Assembly: GCA_050230475.1 (NCBI GenBank)
Contig: JBFLGF010000050.1
Span: 1 to 64,000 of the forward strand
Reading direction: 5' to 3'
DNA length: 64,000 nucleotides
Source of the DNA: Ancylonema sp.
Taxonomy: Eukaryota
Positions 37,601 through 53,250 of the stretch are shown here, in pieces (the first letter of the stretch is position 1; the number at the start of each line of letters is the position of its first letter). The translations under genes were made by a program, and so were the position numbers. A model generated the notes under the pieces. The model was not told the origin of the DNA. It saw only the letters and a program-made list of their open reading frames with translations, and searched no databases.

Positions 37601-40194
37601 TCGGTGCGTGTTTCTCCCACTCCCGTTCCCTGACACCACCCCCCTGGCTGCCAGCTGCAAATGTCCTGAATCTCAAACCCCGAAATTACTAAAACCCCAA
37701 AACCCCAAAGTTCTATCTTAAAACCTAAAACCTAGAGCCTCAAAAAATTACCCTAAAACCTAATCCCTGAAAAAATACCCCAAAACGTGAACCCTGAAAA
37801 AATACCCTGAGTCCCAAACCCCAAACCTCAAACCCTGAACCGTAAACCCTGAATTCTTCCTCCTCCCCCCGTGGTCAGGTCCTGAAGGGCCCCATCTCCA
37901 TGCAGCGCTTCATCCGCCGCAGCGGAACCTTCCGGAAGGTTCCCAACCCCCGCCAGGTGTCAGCTGGGAACCTGTACGATCCAACCAACCCCAACCTGGG
38001 AACGCAGCAGGAAGAGGGGGTGGAGAAAGCAATGGCGTCAGAGGCAGTGGCCAAGGAGAGGCGGAGGTTGGGGGAGGCGGGGGGGGCGGGTGGGGGAAGG
38101 GGAGGGTTAGATTCTGATAGTCGCAAAAAAGGGCACCGGGGGGGTGGGGAGGGGGAAGGGGGGGGGTGCTGAATCCCCACCCTCCTGAAATATGAAGTCT
38201 CAGGGTTTTGGGTTCACTTTCTGGGGTGTCGGGTTCAGGTACCGCAAGTCCGTGACCCGCAGCTCCCTCGCGCTCGTGAGTGAGATCCGCAAACTGGACG
38301 ACCTTCAGGACGAGTTGGGTCTGAACGCGGCTCGAGCCATGGACGCACTGCAGAAGGAGATTGAGTGCCTCAGGATCGCGCAGATGGGGATGAACGTGGA
38401 CGCAGCGGAAACGATTGGGAGACTGCAGCAGGAGGTGGCGGGGATCAAGCAGTGGAAGAGGGGGGGGGGGGGAGAGGGAGTTGGGGTCGGGGTTGGGGTT
38501 GGGGTCGGGGTGGGGGTGGCGGTTGGGGTTGGGGTGGGGGGTGGGGAGCGGAACCCGTTGACGATGAGTGTGATTGGGTTGAGGGAGGAGATTTGTCTTT
38601 TGAAGGGTAGGGGTGGTTGTGGCAATAAGACAAATACTGATTCTGCCATTGCGTCCCTGGAGGAGCAGCTGGAAAGCGCGCAGCAGTCGCTGCACGAAAT
38701 GTGTGGGAAGGAGGGGGAGGGGGGGGTGCTACCTGGCAGCAGGGGATTGGAGGAGACTTGTGCCTCCCAGCCGCTGCCTGAAAGGGAGGGTGGGGTTGGG
38801 GTGGGGGAGGGGGTGGGGGAGGGGGAGGGGAAGAGGGGGGACGTGGGGGAGGGGGGGAGGGCGGGGGGGGGTTTGAAACCTGGTTCTTCTGTGGATGTGA
38901 AACGCCTTCAGAGTCTGTTCAAGACTGCAGCGGAGGAGAACATTTTGAGCATCCGTAATTATGTGACGGATTTGAAGGAGAGGGTGGCCAAGCTTCACTA
39001 CCAGAAGCAGCTGCTGGTGTGCCAGGTCAGCAATAGGGAAAGATGATACGCAATGATGGCAGTGACTACAGGGACTGTGATTGTATGGAGTGGTACTTAG
39101 CAAACACGAATATGTCTATAGGTACGGTCCAAAGGAAAAATAAGGACAGGTAAGAACCGATAAGGGCAGATAAGGACAGTGAAGGATAGATAAGGAGAGA
39201 GAACGACAGATAAGTACATTCAAGAACAGGTTCCGAGGTACTAAAAGTCTTAAAGTGTAGTAGGAGGGTAAAGGAGAGACTTGAGTCTATCCTTTTTTGC
39301 CACCTGGCGTGTTCCCGTGCGTCCAGGTGTTGGAGCTGGAGGCCAGCCAGAAGGAGGAGGAGGAGGAGGAGGAGGAGACTTCGGGCAGCGGCAGCGGTAG
39401 GGGGGGCGCCATCGGGGAGTGGGCGCTGCGTTTCGACCGCGATATCCGCTGCATTTCCCAGCTGTGGGACAGGTGCCACGTGTCACTCGCACATCGCACG
39501 CTGTTCTACCTCCTGGTCGAGGACGGGAACCCGAACGATTCCATGTATCTGGACGTGGAACAACGGAGGCTGGCGTGGATGTGGGAGCAGAGCGAGGAGG
39601 AGAGGAAGAGGGGGGAGGTGGGGGTGCTTAGAGGAAGGTGAGGAGAGGGTATTATTTTTGGGAGGTTCTGGGTTGGGTTGTGGGGCAAGCTTAGGAGGTA
39701 GAGAAATGATAAAGAGGGTGCCTTTTTCTTCTTCCCCCCCCCCCCCCCCCTCTAGGCTTGTCTCAGAAGGGTTGGTTTTGACTCCAGGTTATGTTTTACC
39801 GACATGGAAACGAGTATCTTATCCACGTGATTTTCCGTCTTCGTGTTTACGGGCACTCCCCCCATCCTGTAGGCAAAAGCGTTTGAGACGAGAGCGCAAG
39901 TTGATCGTGAAGCGGATGGGGACGGAACTGACGATGGAGGAGAGAGAGGATTTGTTCGGCCAATGGGGCATCGCCACGTCATCCAAGCGACGCAAGCAAC
40001 AACTGGCGGCAAAGCTTTGGAGCAACGCGAGAGATATGCAAGAGGTGGAAGCCAGCGCGCAACTGGTCGGTCACATTCTACGGTTCTCGGAAGACGGGTC
40101 ACCGCCAAAAGGGGTGTTTGGTTTACACTTCATGCCGCCACACGGGGGCAACAAGGGATGGATGGGGACCGATTTTTGTGGGAACCCTTTGTGA
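31649..40194 (+). CDS. NACK1: Kinesin-7 of the NACK1/HINKEL-NACK2/TETRASPORE type; exons 31649-31868, 32285-32374, 32771-32871, 33226-33339, 33590-33671, 33948-34015, 34379-34462, 34759-34883, 35710-35914, 36159-36278, 36451-36558, 36834-37021 (the last three repeated at +1045), 38239-39025, 39327-39637, 39873-40194
   Basis: Motor motifs [33 protein letters not shown] and [18 protein letters not shown]-type stalk [13 protein letters not shown]...[39 protein letters not shown]-terminal [18 protein letters not shown]...[12 protein letters not shown] (DUF3490-like). Confidence 0.92.
36005..38096 (+). repeat. 1045-bp direct tandem duplication spanning kinesin exons 10-12
   Basis: The ORF track shows identical ORFs at 36090/37135, 36141/37186 and 36855/37900 (same N-terminal part). 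No differences were spotted by eye, and the junctions lie in G-runs. Confidence 0.95.
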
Positions 40195-41284
40195 AACCTC
40201 GTGGAAATTTCGTGGACTTGACGGGCGATTGGTACATTTGGGACGCGCGTGGTTTTTTTATGGTGGGAGAAGGTGGCCTAGCTAGTGTGACAATGTTGAG
40301 GATTGAATATCTGGGACTGGGTGGAGCGTGCTTGTGCGAGGGGAGGATGGGTGCGTGTGTATAGATGGTTGCGTGGGAGGAGTAAGTTTGAGAGGGAAGT
40401 GGATGTACACAAATATGAGTGTAGAAGGGCTGGTTCACGATTTTTAGGGTGTACATTGAGTAGGCTAAGGATCTCGTTTACCGCGTGTAGAGGACGTCCG
40501 AGGTCAATCACTTGATAGTTGCAGCTCGAATGGATGTATGAAGTTTATATTTATTAGGATGCCAATCTCACTTGGTTGGAGCTAGATGATGTGAGGTGGT
40601 CATTAGAGTGACATATGTGTCACTTTTTTGCCGCAATTCCGTTAGGTTTAGTTTGTGGGCTAAGCATGGAAGAAAAATAAAAGTGCTTGCATATTTGTTG
40701 TCTTTGTCGTTATATTCTGGAGCCACCATCATCAAACCCCCGGTAATATTCCAGTAATATTCTTATTCAAAGTTTTTTCCCCCTCATATGATCCGTCAGT
40801 GACACCTTGCCGCTAGGGATATGCTCTGTGCATAGAGGGGTCGTAGGTGCGAATGCGAGTGGTGGATCGTTGCAAGCCACCCGCGTTTTCAAAAGCCAAC
40901 CGTTTTCTCGATGGCATCATTAGTACGTTTCCGCACGCGCAAAGTGTTGCTACCGTGCACAATTGTACGCTATAGATTGACATTTTATGGTGGCAACCAT
41001 AAAATGTGTCTCTCTCCACAATTCTGAAGTTTGCTTGAGAAACCATGCGATTATACGCCATGTCCAACTACGTTTCTTGTCCTCCCCTATGATACCCCAA
41101 CCGCCCACCCGGTTCCACCCGCATTCTCATAACCCACTCGTGATGAGGGGGTGGCGGCAAAAGCACGTGGAACGCGGATATGGGCCACCACTCCGTGTGG
41201 ACCGGGACCCGCATAACCACCGGACATACGACCACTTAGCGGTTGGCGAGTGGAAGGTAGGTGGGTGGGGGATTGTGAGCACAT

Positions 41285-41746
41285 CGTAGTTGGTCCTGAA
41301 TCAGGACGGGGCGCGCACAACTAGAATTGCGCACATGTTCCGAACATGTGCGCGATACGAACATGTTCGGAAATATGTGCGCTCAACCCCGCGCACATGT
41401 GCGCGCCCAACAAGGAAAAAATATTATTAAAAATCGCGTTTAATACCGCTGGTGTGCGCGCCCAACTATGGTCCTGATCCACCCCGATACCCAATCCGGA
41501 TAGGTGCCGGATCGGACCCGATCCGTATCCGCGCCGAATCGGAGATATCTTGATCCCATTACGCCCAACGAGAAAAAAAAAAACCCTGAAAACGGTTTTG
41601 GGCGTTTGCACCACAATGGGTGCATATGGAGTTTTTTTCTTTTTCTTTTTCATCAATTTTCACCTACACTTCGGCGCCTCCGATCCAAATCAGCGCTGGA
41701 TCAGCGCGGGATCAGAAATCTCCTGATAGGATCGGGACCAACTATG
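41285..41746. mobile_element. Non-autonomous hAT-like element with a second small element (41302-41470) inserted in its left TIR
   Basis: Perfect 8-bp TSD GAGCACAT (41277-41284 / 41747-41754); ends CGTAGTTGGTCC / GGACCAACTATG. The inner element ends TGTGCGCGCCCAACTATG and is flanked by GTCCTGAA(T) / GTCCTGAT. Confidence 0.85.
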
Positions 41747-41866
41747 GAGCACATCATACTATCATGTGGGTATGGGACGCAAAACTTGCAGTTGTATAAT
41801 TTATGCCTCTAAGAGGGAATGAGACACATATTAAGAGTTTGTCATTCAATCTTGCCATGATTGGAG

Positions 41867-44800
41867 TGTTGCTGCTATCTTCTGCCATCGATGCGAGAAG
41901 TAACAGTCTTCGCACTCTTGAAACAAACATTCACAGCTTTACAAACACACATAACAAAAGTGCAAGTTTGAGGTAGATTGATTGATTGCAGAATTCTGCG
42001 TGCAAGCCTTGACTGAGTACAATCGAGTGTGATCCATGCCCCCTCCTACTTGCCCCCTCCTACTGATCAGAACTATTAGTAAACTCCAATCATAATCAAG
42101 TATTGTGCCAGATCATCTAAACTTATCGAAAAACTGCCAGATGGCCATAACTAATCATCTTGATCATATCGATAGGCAAAACGACAAAATCGACAAAACT
42201 AAAAACTTAACTTCCAAACAAAGCCTAAAATCGATATACCGACAAAAGTTCACAGCCCCTAAAAGGAACTTTTTCCCCCTCCAAAAATGATAAGCAGCAA
42301 TATCGATTCAATATCGATTTTTCACAAGTTCCCTACTCCTCATGAACCAAACCAACAAGTGCTCAATTGACTTTCAACACCTTGACAGAGACTGCCTTTG
42401 TATGCATGTCTGCAGCCTGCTCCTCACTCCTCACAAATTTTAACTCAATTTTCTTCTTTGCAACCCTCTCCCTGATCGAATGATATTTTATCTCAATGTG
42501 CTTAGACCCCTTGTGGAACACAGGGTTTTCTGCAAGCTTCATCGAACTCTCATTATCTCCCAACAACAGCACACCCCCTTCACCAGCTATTCCCAACTCC
42601 TTCTGCATCTGACTGAGATAGATAGCCTCGTTTTGTGCTGCTCTCAAAGCCAGATATTCACTTTCACAACTGGAATGGATAACAATCTCCAACAGACTGC
42701 TCTTCCAGCTGACAGCTGCACCTCCACTCAGAAACACGTAGCCAGCACGCCCCCTCCTAGTGTCAGAATCATCACCGTGACTTGCATCCGAATAGCCCAC
42801 AACTGGCAAATCTGCTTCCCTTTTATACATCAAGCCAAGACTGATTGTTTCCTGCAAATATCTGAGCACCCTTTTAACCCCCTCCCAATGATGCTCCCGT
42901 GGATTCTGACTGTATCTGCACAAAGAATTTATTGCAGCAGCCAGATGTGGTCGGGTCCCAGAGCACAAGTAGAGAAGACTCCCCATAGCAGATTTGTAGC
43001 CAACATCCTCAAGAGCAGCTCCCTCAGCAACTTCCCCAAGATTCTCATAAAACTTGACCTCAATTTCCAGCGGTGTCGATACTAAGTTACACTCCCTCAT
43101 GCCAAACTTATCCAAAAGCTATTTTCCATACTTTTACTGACACAAAAAGATATCGCCATTTGGTTGCCTTCGAATTTCGAAACCGAGGAGGAATTTTCCT
43201 CTCCCAAGTCCTTCATGTTGTACCTTCCCCCCAGACCTGTCTTCACACCAGAGATTTTCTTGATTTCAATGCATAAAAGAAACAGATGGTCAACATATAG
43301 AGCCAGATAAAGAGCTTCTGGACCTTCACCCAAGATGTATCGCCCAAAATCTGACTCTAGACGGTGAAAACCCATCTCTTTTAGCACATCGTCAATATGC
43401 TGGTTTCAGCCTCGAGGAGCTTGCTTGAGCCCATACAAGCCGCGAAGCAAAAGCATCACCATCCCCTCTTCACCCTCCCCACACGTGCCCTCTGGCAAAG
43501 GAGCATACATAAAAGCAGTGGTAACATTCATTTGGTGCATATGCAACCCCTTTGAAGCCCTAGAGCTACCAGCTCACGAACGCTTTAAAACCGTATAGTA
43601 GGAAAAAAGTATGGTCATAATCTACTCCCTCTTCATGACCGAAATCTTTGGCCACGACTCTGCCTTTATACTACTCAATTGAGCCATCAGCATTCTTTTT
43701 GACACGGAACACCCACTTTGAATTTATCACTTTTTTTCCAGGTGGCCTGGGAACAAGACGAAACACTTCATTTTCTTTGAGACTGTTTATTTCTGCATCC
43801 ATTGCCTCCTGCCACTTTTCTCTTTCTGGATTGCTAAGAGCTTCTGCCACCATTTCTGGAGTTTTTTGACTCTGCATCCAATCCAGCAACATAGGCACCG
43901 ACAAATCTGTTTGCTGAAATACCTTTGTTTTCACGAGTCGAGCGTCGAACTTCATCTTGAGCAGCCTTGAAAACTTCCTTGGTTTTCTCCTTTGCAGTTG
44001 CGAGAACTGGATTCTCAGGAGTTGCTTCATCAGGCTACCATTCAGGCCCATCTTCCAGCAGATCCTGATCACTTGCATCCCCACTCGAATTGCTTACAAG
44101 CTCAGGACACTTGTCATTATGAGGAGGAGGACGTGCCGGAAGCTGAGGCAAAGGATTGCCATCAACAGCAGGAACCCCTTCATCGACAGAAGGCCAATTT
44201 CCTTTGCGAGTAAGCTTTTCTTCTGTCATAACCAGATCTGGCCACTCCATGTCGACAGCTGCATCCAGTTCACAGATTTTTCCTTTCTTCCCGATAGTCT
44301 GCCCTCTCCACCATCCAGCTCCAACAGATTCGTCGAAATCAACATGCGCGTGACCAACATTGTGAAATTTATTTGTGGTCGGATCCCACACTCTGTGACA
44401 GGGGCTTTCTGAGTTCCAGCCAATAAGCACTCCTATCCTAGCCAGCGCTGCCATCTTGCCCTATCGATCTCTCTTCTCCATGCGCACATAAACTGTGCAG
44501 CCGTAGGAGCGAAGATGATCTACATGAGGTGTGCTCCGTGTCCATATTTCATTTGGAGTCCTTGGTTAATTTGTAACTTTGCAGCGATTTCGAAGATAGG
44601 ATGCATGAGAGATGGCTTCAGCCCAGAGACTTGGAGGAATTTGCATGTGGAGGAGCATCGATCGAGCTCGATCCTGCAAAGTTATGTTCATCCTCTCAGT
44701 AATAGCATTTGTCTGAGGAGTGAAAGGAGGAGTCGGCTCATGGTTGATGCCTTTGGTGCGAAGCCACAATCGAAAGTCACCGTCGAAGAATTCTCCTCCC

Positions 44801-47132
44801 CTCTCTGACCGCAGATTCTTGACAACTTTTCCACTTTGTCGTTGCCAGATTGCTATCCACTCTTTCAGGCGAGGAGCAGCGTTACTTTTCGAGCGCAGAA
44901 TTTCTACCCACGATTTTCTGCTGTACTCGTCGACAATCACCATGTTGTAGACGCCTCCCCCAAGCGACACTGGTTAAAAAGGTCCCGCCAAATCCACTGA
45001 AATTCTTCTTAGACAAACCTTTTCCCCTGCTCCCAGTTCCCTGCTTGGATGCGGTCGATCATGCGCTTTGCCGAGTTTGCAGCCCTCACAGTTTGCAAGT
45101 ATTCCAGAAACACCTCCCTCAAGTCCACGTACCAGATCTGTTTTTCCCAATTCTCTCAGCACCCTTTCATTTGCATGACCGAGACGTCGATGCAAAACAT
45201 TCACATCGACAGCTGCAACGACCGCTTCCCCTTCACTTTGTCGATGATGACGCAATGGCGTGCAGATCAATGTATGACGACCAGAGCTGAACTCACTAAT
45301 TGTGCATATATGTTTTCCATCTTTCCGAAAGACTGGAATTATTCCACTGCTGGTCCCTGAAATGGATACTCCCACCCGTGTGCTCTTGCTTTTTGGCCGC
45401 TGAAAAGATTGACTCTCATCCCTAGTATATACAGAAAATTCTGCAGAGTAATTTCTCCACATTCGCCCTCCGTTTCAAGCTCAACAGGTCCCCACTGCTT
45501 GACACTCACACTGCAAACAAGATGATGCATGACAATTTCTTGCGGAATGTCGATCAAAGTTTTGAAGTGTGCTCGCTGAATGATGGCTGGAACCGTCATC
45601 CCACAGAAATCCTCTCTCCTCATCTCCTTCACCGACACGCCCTTCACAGATTTCACCAACCACCATTTCGCCATGTTCACAAGCACCTCCCTCATCAATC
45701 TCACTCACATGTGCAGATTTTCGACCTGTCTGCTGATTTCTGCGCTGCATTCGAGAAGCCTAATTTTTCTTGTCGAAGCAGGTAAATTCAATGTGTCCAA
45801 TTGCACCACAATAGTCACAAGTGTCATCCTTTCTCGGACAGTCTTTGCTGAAATGACATGTACGACCATTCGTATAACAGGAATGACCACCTCCTGCACC
45901 TCTTCCTCCTCCACCACCACAATCAAATCTGCCTCCTCGATATCCACTATAATCTCCCCTGCCAGCACCTCTCCCACCTCCTCTATCAAAGCCTCCACCT
46001 CTGCCTCGATTCGAAAAAGTCTGTTTCGTATTCCACTTTGCATAATTTGCTTATGCGACAAGTGCTTCAGCGTCTCTTTCACCTTGCTCTTTCTGATCGT
46101 CCCGTTCATCAACCCCCATTTGTGCCCAGATCCAGCTGATTCTTGGTGCCTCTGCTTGACCCAAATACAATTTTTTGAGCATTCCATACTTAGTACTTGC
46201 TATTCCTGCGAACACTGCCATCACTTGGTCCTCCTCACTGACTTTATACTTTTGATGTGCGCAGGCTCTGATGATCGACAAAAAGTATTTCTTGATGTCT
46301 CGGACTGGCAGCTTCTCATTTAGTTTGAACGAATTCAGCTGCAGCTTGGCGAGCTGCTTCAGCTCCGGTGTAACTTTATCAAACTCTTCTTTCAGGTACT
46401 TCCACATGGCTGCTGGTTTTCTCTCATACTCTTCAAGGGCTGTAGCTATGTCTTCACTCACAAGCCTCATAAGTAACATCACAGCTTTCTTAGTTCGCTT
46501 TCGAAAACTCTTGATGTCTTCTGTGTACTGATCCATCTCATCCTGGTTTGTGATCCAGTGCTCGTCATCATATGCTGGATAAACTTCCTCTGGTTCTGTT
46601 TTTATTCCCTTGCAGATCTCAAGAGAGTATGCGTCATCGAGTGTTGCAGATGCCTTCGATCGCCAAGCTTGGAAAGAAACTTTGTCTCCATCTAAAATGC
46701 AGTACCTTGCTCTGATACCACTGTTGCTGCTATCTTCTGCCATCGATGCAAGAAGTAACAGTCTTCACACTCTAAACAAACATTCACAGCTTTACAAACA
46801 CACACAACAAAAGTGCAAGTTTGAGATAGATTGATTGATTGCACAATTGTGCGTGCAAGCCCTGACTGAGTACAATCGAGTGTGATCCATGCCCCCTCCT
46901 CTAGTCAAAGATCTCTACTGATCAGAACACTAATAGTCAACTCCAATCATAATCAAGTATTGTGCCAGATCAGATCATCTAAACTTATCGACAAACTGAT
47001 GGCCATAACTAATCATCGTAATCATATCGATAGGCAAAAACGACAAAATCGACAAAACTAAAAACGTAACTTCCGAACAAAGCCTAAAATCGATATACCG
47101 ATAAAAGTTCACAGACCCCCTAAAAACTAACA
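41867..47132 (-). mobile_element. Full-length but decayed Ty1/copia LTR retrotransposon (5' LTR 46722-47132, 3' LTR 41867-~42270)
   Basis: TG...CA termini; 5-bp TSD TGGAG (41862-41866 / 47133-47137); PBS TGGTATCAGAGC at 46720-46709; PPT GGAGGGGGAAAAA near 42282-42270; domain order gag-PR-IN-RT-RH. Confidence 0.96.
42363..46743 (-). pseudogene. Copia gag-pol broken by frameshifts and stops
   Basis: gag 46743-46051; zinc knuckles ~45870-45770; protease-like FLWDDGSSHH; LHRRLGH and CEGCKLGK; integrase VDEYSR, LRSERGGEF, TPQTNAITERMN; RT WQEAMDAEINSL, KWVFRVK, LYVDH; RNase H GYSDA, SSCESEY, GDNES, KHIEIKYH, EQAADMHTK. Confidence 0.93.
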
Positions 47133-47418
47133 TGGAGTGGCGCCCAACACTGACACGAAATCCTCAATATTTGACTAGAAAGCAAAGATGGTGCTGACCC
47201 GGTCGGTTTTTCCCAAATTTATTACAATCACCAAAAAATGAAAGGGTAACAAAAAAAAAAGAAAAAAAAAAAAGAAGGAAACCAATGAAAACAAACTAAC
47301 GGCAAAAAAAAAGGGAAGAATGAGAAGAAAAAAAAAAAAGAAAAAAGTAAATGCGGTATGTATGTATTTTTTGGAATTTACGGTGCTTTGCCGGGAACCC
47401 AATGGTCACGAACCAAAT

Positions 47419-47691
47419 CTTAGTTGCGTCCCGGACGCGAGGATCCCGGACGCGTCCGACCCCGGAAGCGTCCCGGACGCGTCCGGAGATCCCCGGACGG
47501 TCCGGGATACAACTAAGATGCAAAAGAAAAAGAAAAAAAAAAGGTTGTCATTCTGAAGTCACGCGAATATGGGGGTTCCAAAAAGATGGATATCAGATTT
47601 TGGCTGAGGCGTCCGGGTCCGGGACGCGTCCGGGCCCGGACGCGTTCCGGACGCGTCCGGAGATCTCCGAACGGTCCGGGACGCAATTATG
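47419..47691. mobile_element. 273-bp non-autonomous hAT-like element rich in CCGGACGCGT repeats
   Basis: Perfect 8-bp TSD AACCAAAT (47411-47418 / 47692-47699); TIRs CTTAGTTGCGTCCCGGAC / GTCCGGGACGCAATTATG. Confidence 0.85.
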
Positions 47692-47706
47692 AACCAAATT
47701 ATGGTA

Positions 47707-47870
47707 CACTCAAATCTCGATATAAGAAATTTCGATAAAAACATCTCTTCGCTACTTTTTTTTTTTTTTTTTTTGCCTTCTTACAATCAAAATGTGATGC
47801 ATACAAGAAACATTCGCTTTTTTTTTTTTTTTTTAAATTATTTAAAGTTTCTTATATCGGGGTTTGAGTG
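47707..47870. mobile_element. 164-bp MITE with TA TSD
   Basis: TA|CACTCAAATCTCGATATAAGAAA ... TTTCTTATATCGGGGTTTGAGTG|TA. Confidence 0.8.
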
Positions 47871-48057
47871 TACAAAGAGTAGACCAATTGCACGAATAAC
47901 AAACGAATCACTCTATCAAATTACTCATGACAAAGCCTCGGGGACCCCACAAATATTTCGCGTTTTGTGAAGTTTCGTGACACGTGCCTCGTCCCGTAAA
48001 CTACGTACTTTTCACATATAATACAATTCATAACCTCAAGCGTATCTTGCTTGACAT

Positions 48058-52020
<3,963 letters not shown>

Positions 52021-53250
52021 CCTGAATGCTGATGCCAGAAACCAGGCTACGTCACGACCGCCATGGACAGATTTTCATCGCACTTAACCGATTGCATGCG
52101 TCATTCCGCCAATTTTGTGCCGATGCCACTATCTTACTCCCAGTTTGAGGGCCATCATACTCTCCATTTGCTCGATATGCTGCGAAGCGTAGGGTGAGCC
52201 ACGCAGTTTCAACAAATCACGGGGCTGGCGCACGGCACGCGGCTGGCGCGCGGCTGGAACGGAATGTTGATTTGAAATGATTGGCCAGGGCTCCGTGCAA
52301 TACTCACAGCGGCTTGCGCGGTACGCATGCCGCGCATGCGCATGCCAGCGTCAGCCAGGTCACTATATTGGAGGGTGGCGTTCATATTTGTCAAAATATG
52401 TATCAAATTCGATTCAGGGATATCGGGAGTCTAATGATTGGGCTGCACAGAACACGACAATGGAGTTCCACTTCACGATGATAGGTAAATTAGGAAGTCG
52501 CATGATGTGTGAACGGCCTCACACCTCCCCCTCAACTCGCCTGACCAAGGACGCCACGTAGGATCGAGCCGTACGGGTCAGGTGGCCGTCAGTTCACGTG
52601 TGTCAAGGGTGCCGACAGCGGAACACTGCTGAGATGCTGAATGGGGGGGGAACCTATGCAACGCCTGTTTACAATAGTTTACAAGTTGTAGTCTGCAACT
52701 ATCACTGCGAGTTGTGCCCCCACCTAGTCCAGCAACAAGTCGGCAGGAGTCCTGCTTCATCAGCAGCCTAGTCGTATTGTTTTGGGTCAACATTTCCGCA
52801 ATTCGCTTTCTGGAGGTCGAGCTACACTTAATGGAAACAACTCGAGAGACACAAGCGTTGTTGAGATATGCATATTCGTGAAGAAAAAGGCAAACATATT
52901 TTGTTGTTCCTGGCATTTTACCAGGAACAATACAGTGTGCGTTTTCCTGCTTGTAGCTCTTCGTTGAGCATTAACAGGAACAAAAACAAAAGCCTTCAGT
53001 GTTGGACAGCCGATGCACCAGGAGCGTCTATCTACCTAAAACAACGACCGCCACATCCAGCATTGATCCCATTGAAGCATCTGGAAAGATAAGTATATCG
53101 GTACAGTAGCGACAGAAATCATATACTGGAGGGGCTGTCTTACCACCACGTGGAGTGACCACTACTTAAGTCTCTTCCCTGCTCCTGCATTCCTGTCGGG
53201 ATACGGCCCGCTCGGAGTAGGAGTGCCTTGAACTCTTACTCTGACCTCTC

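Noticed and set aside
42480..46323. Long plus-strand ORFs (42480-43085, 45580-46323)
   Set aside because: They are antisense shadows of the copia gag-pol.
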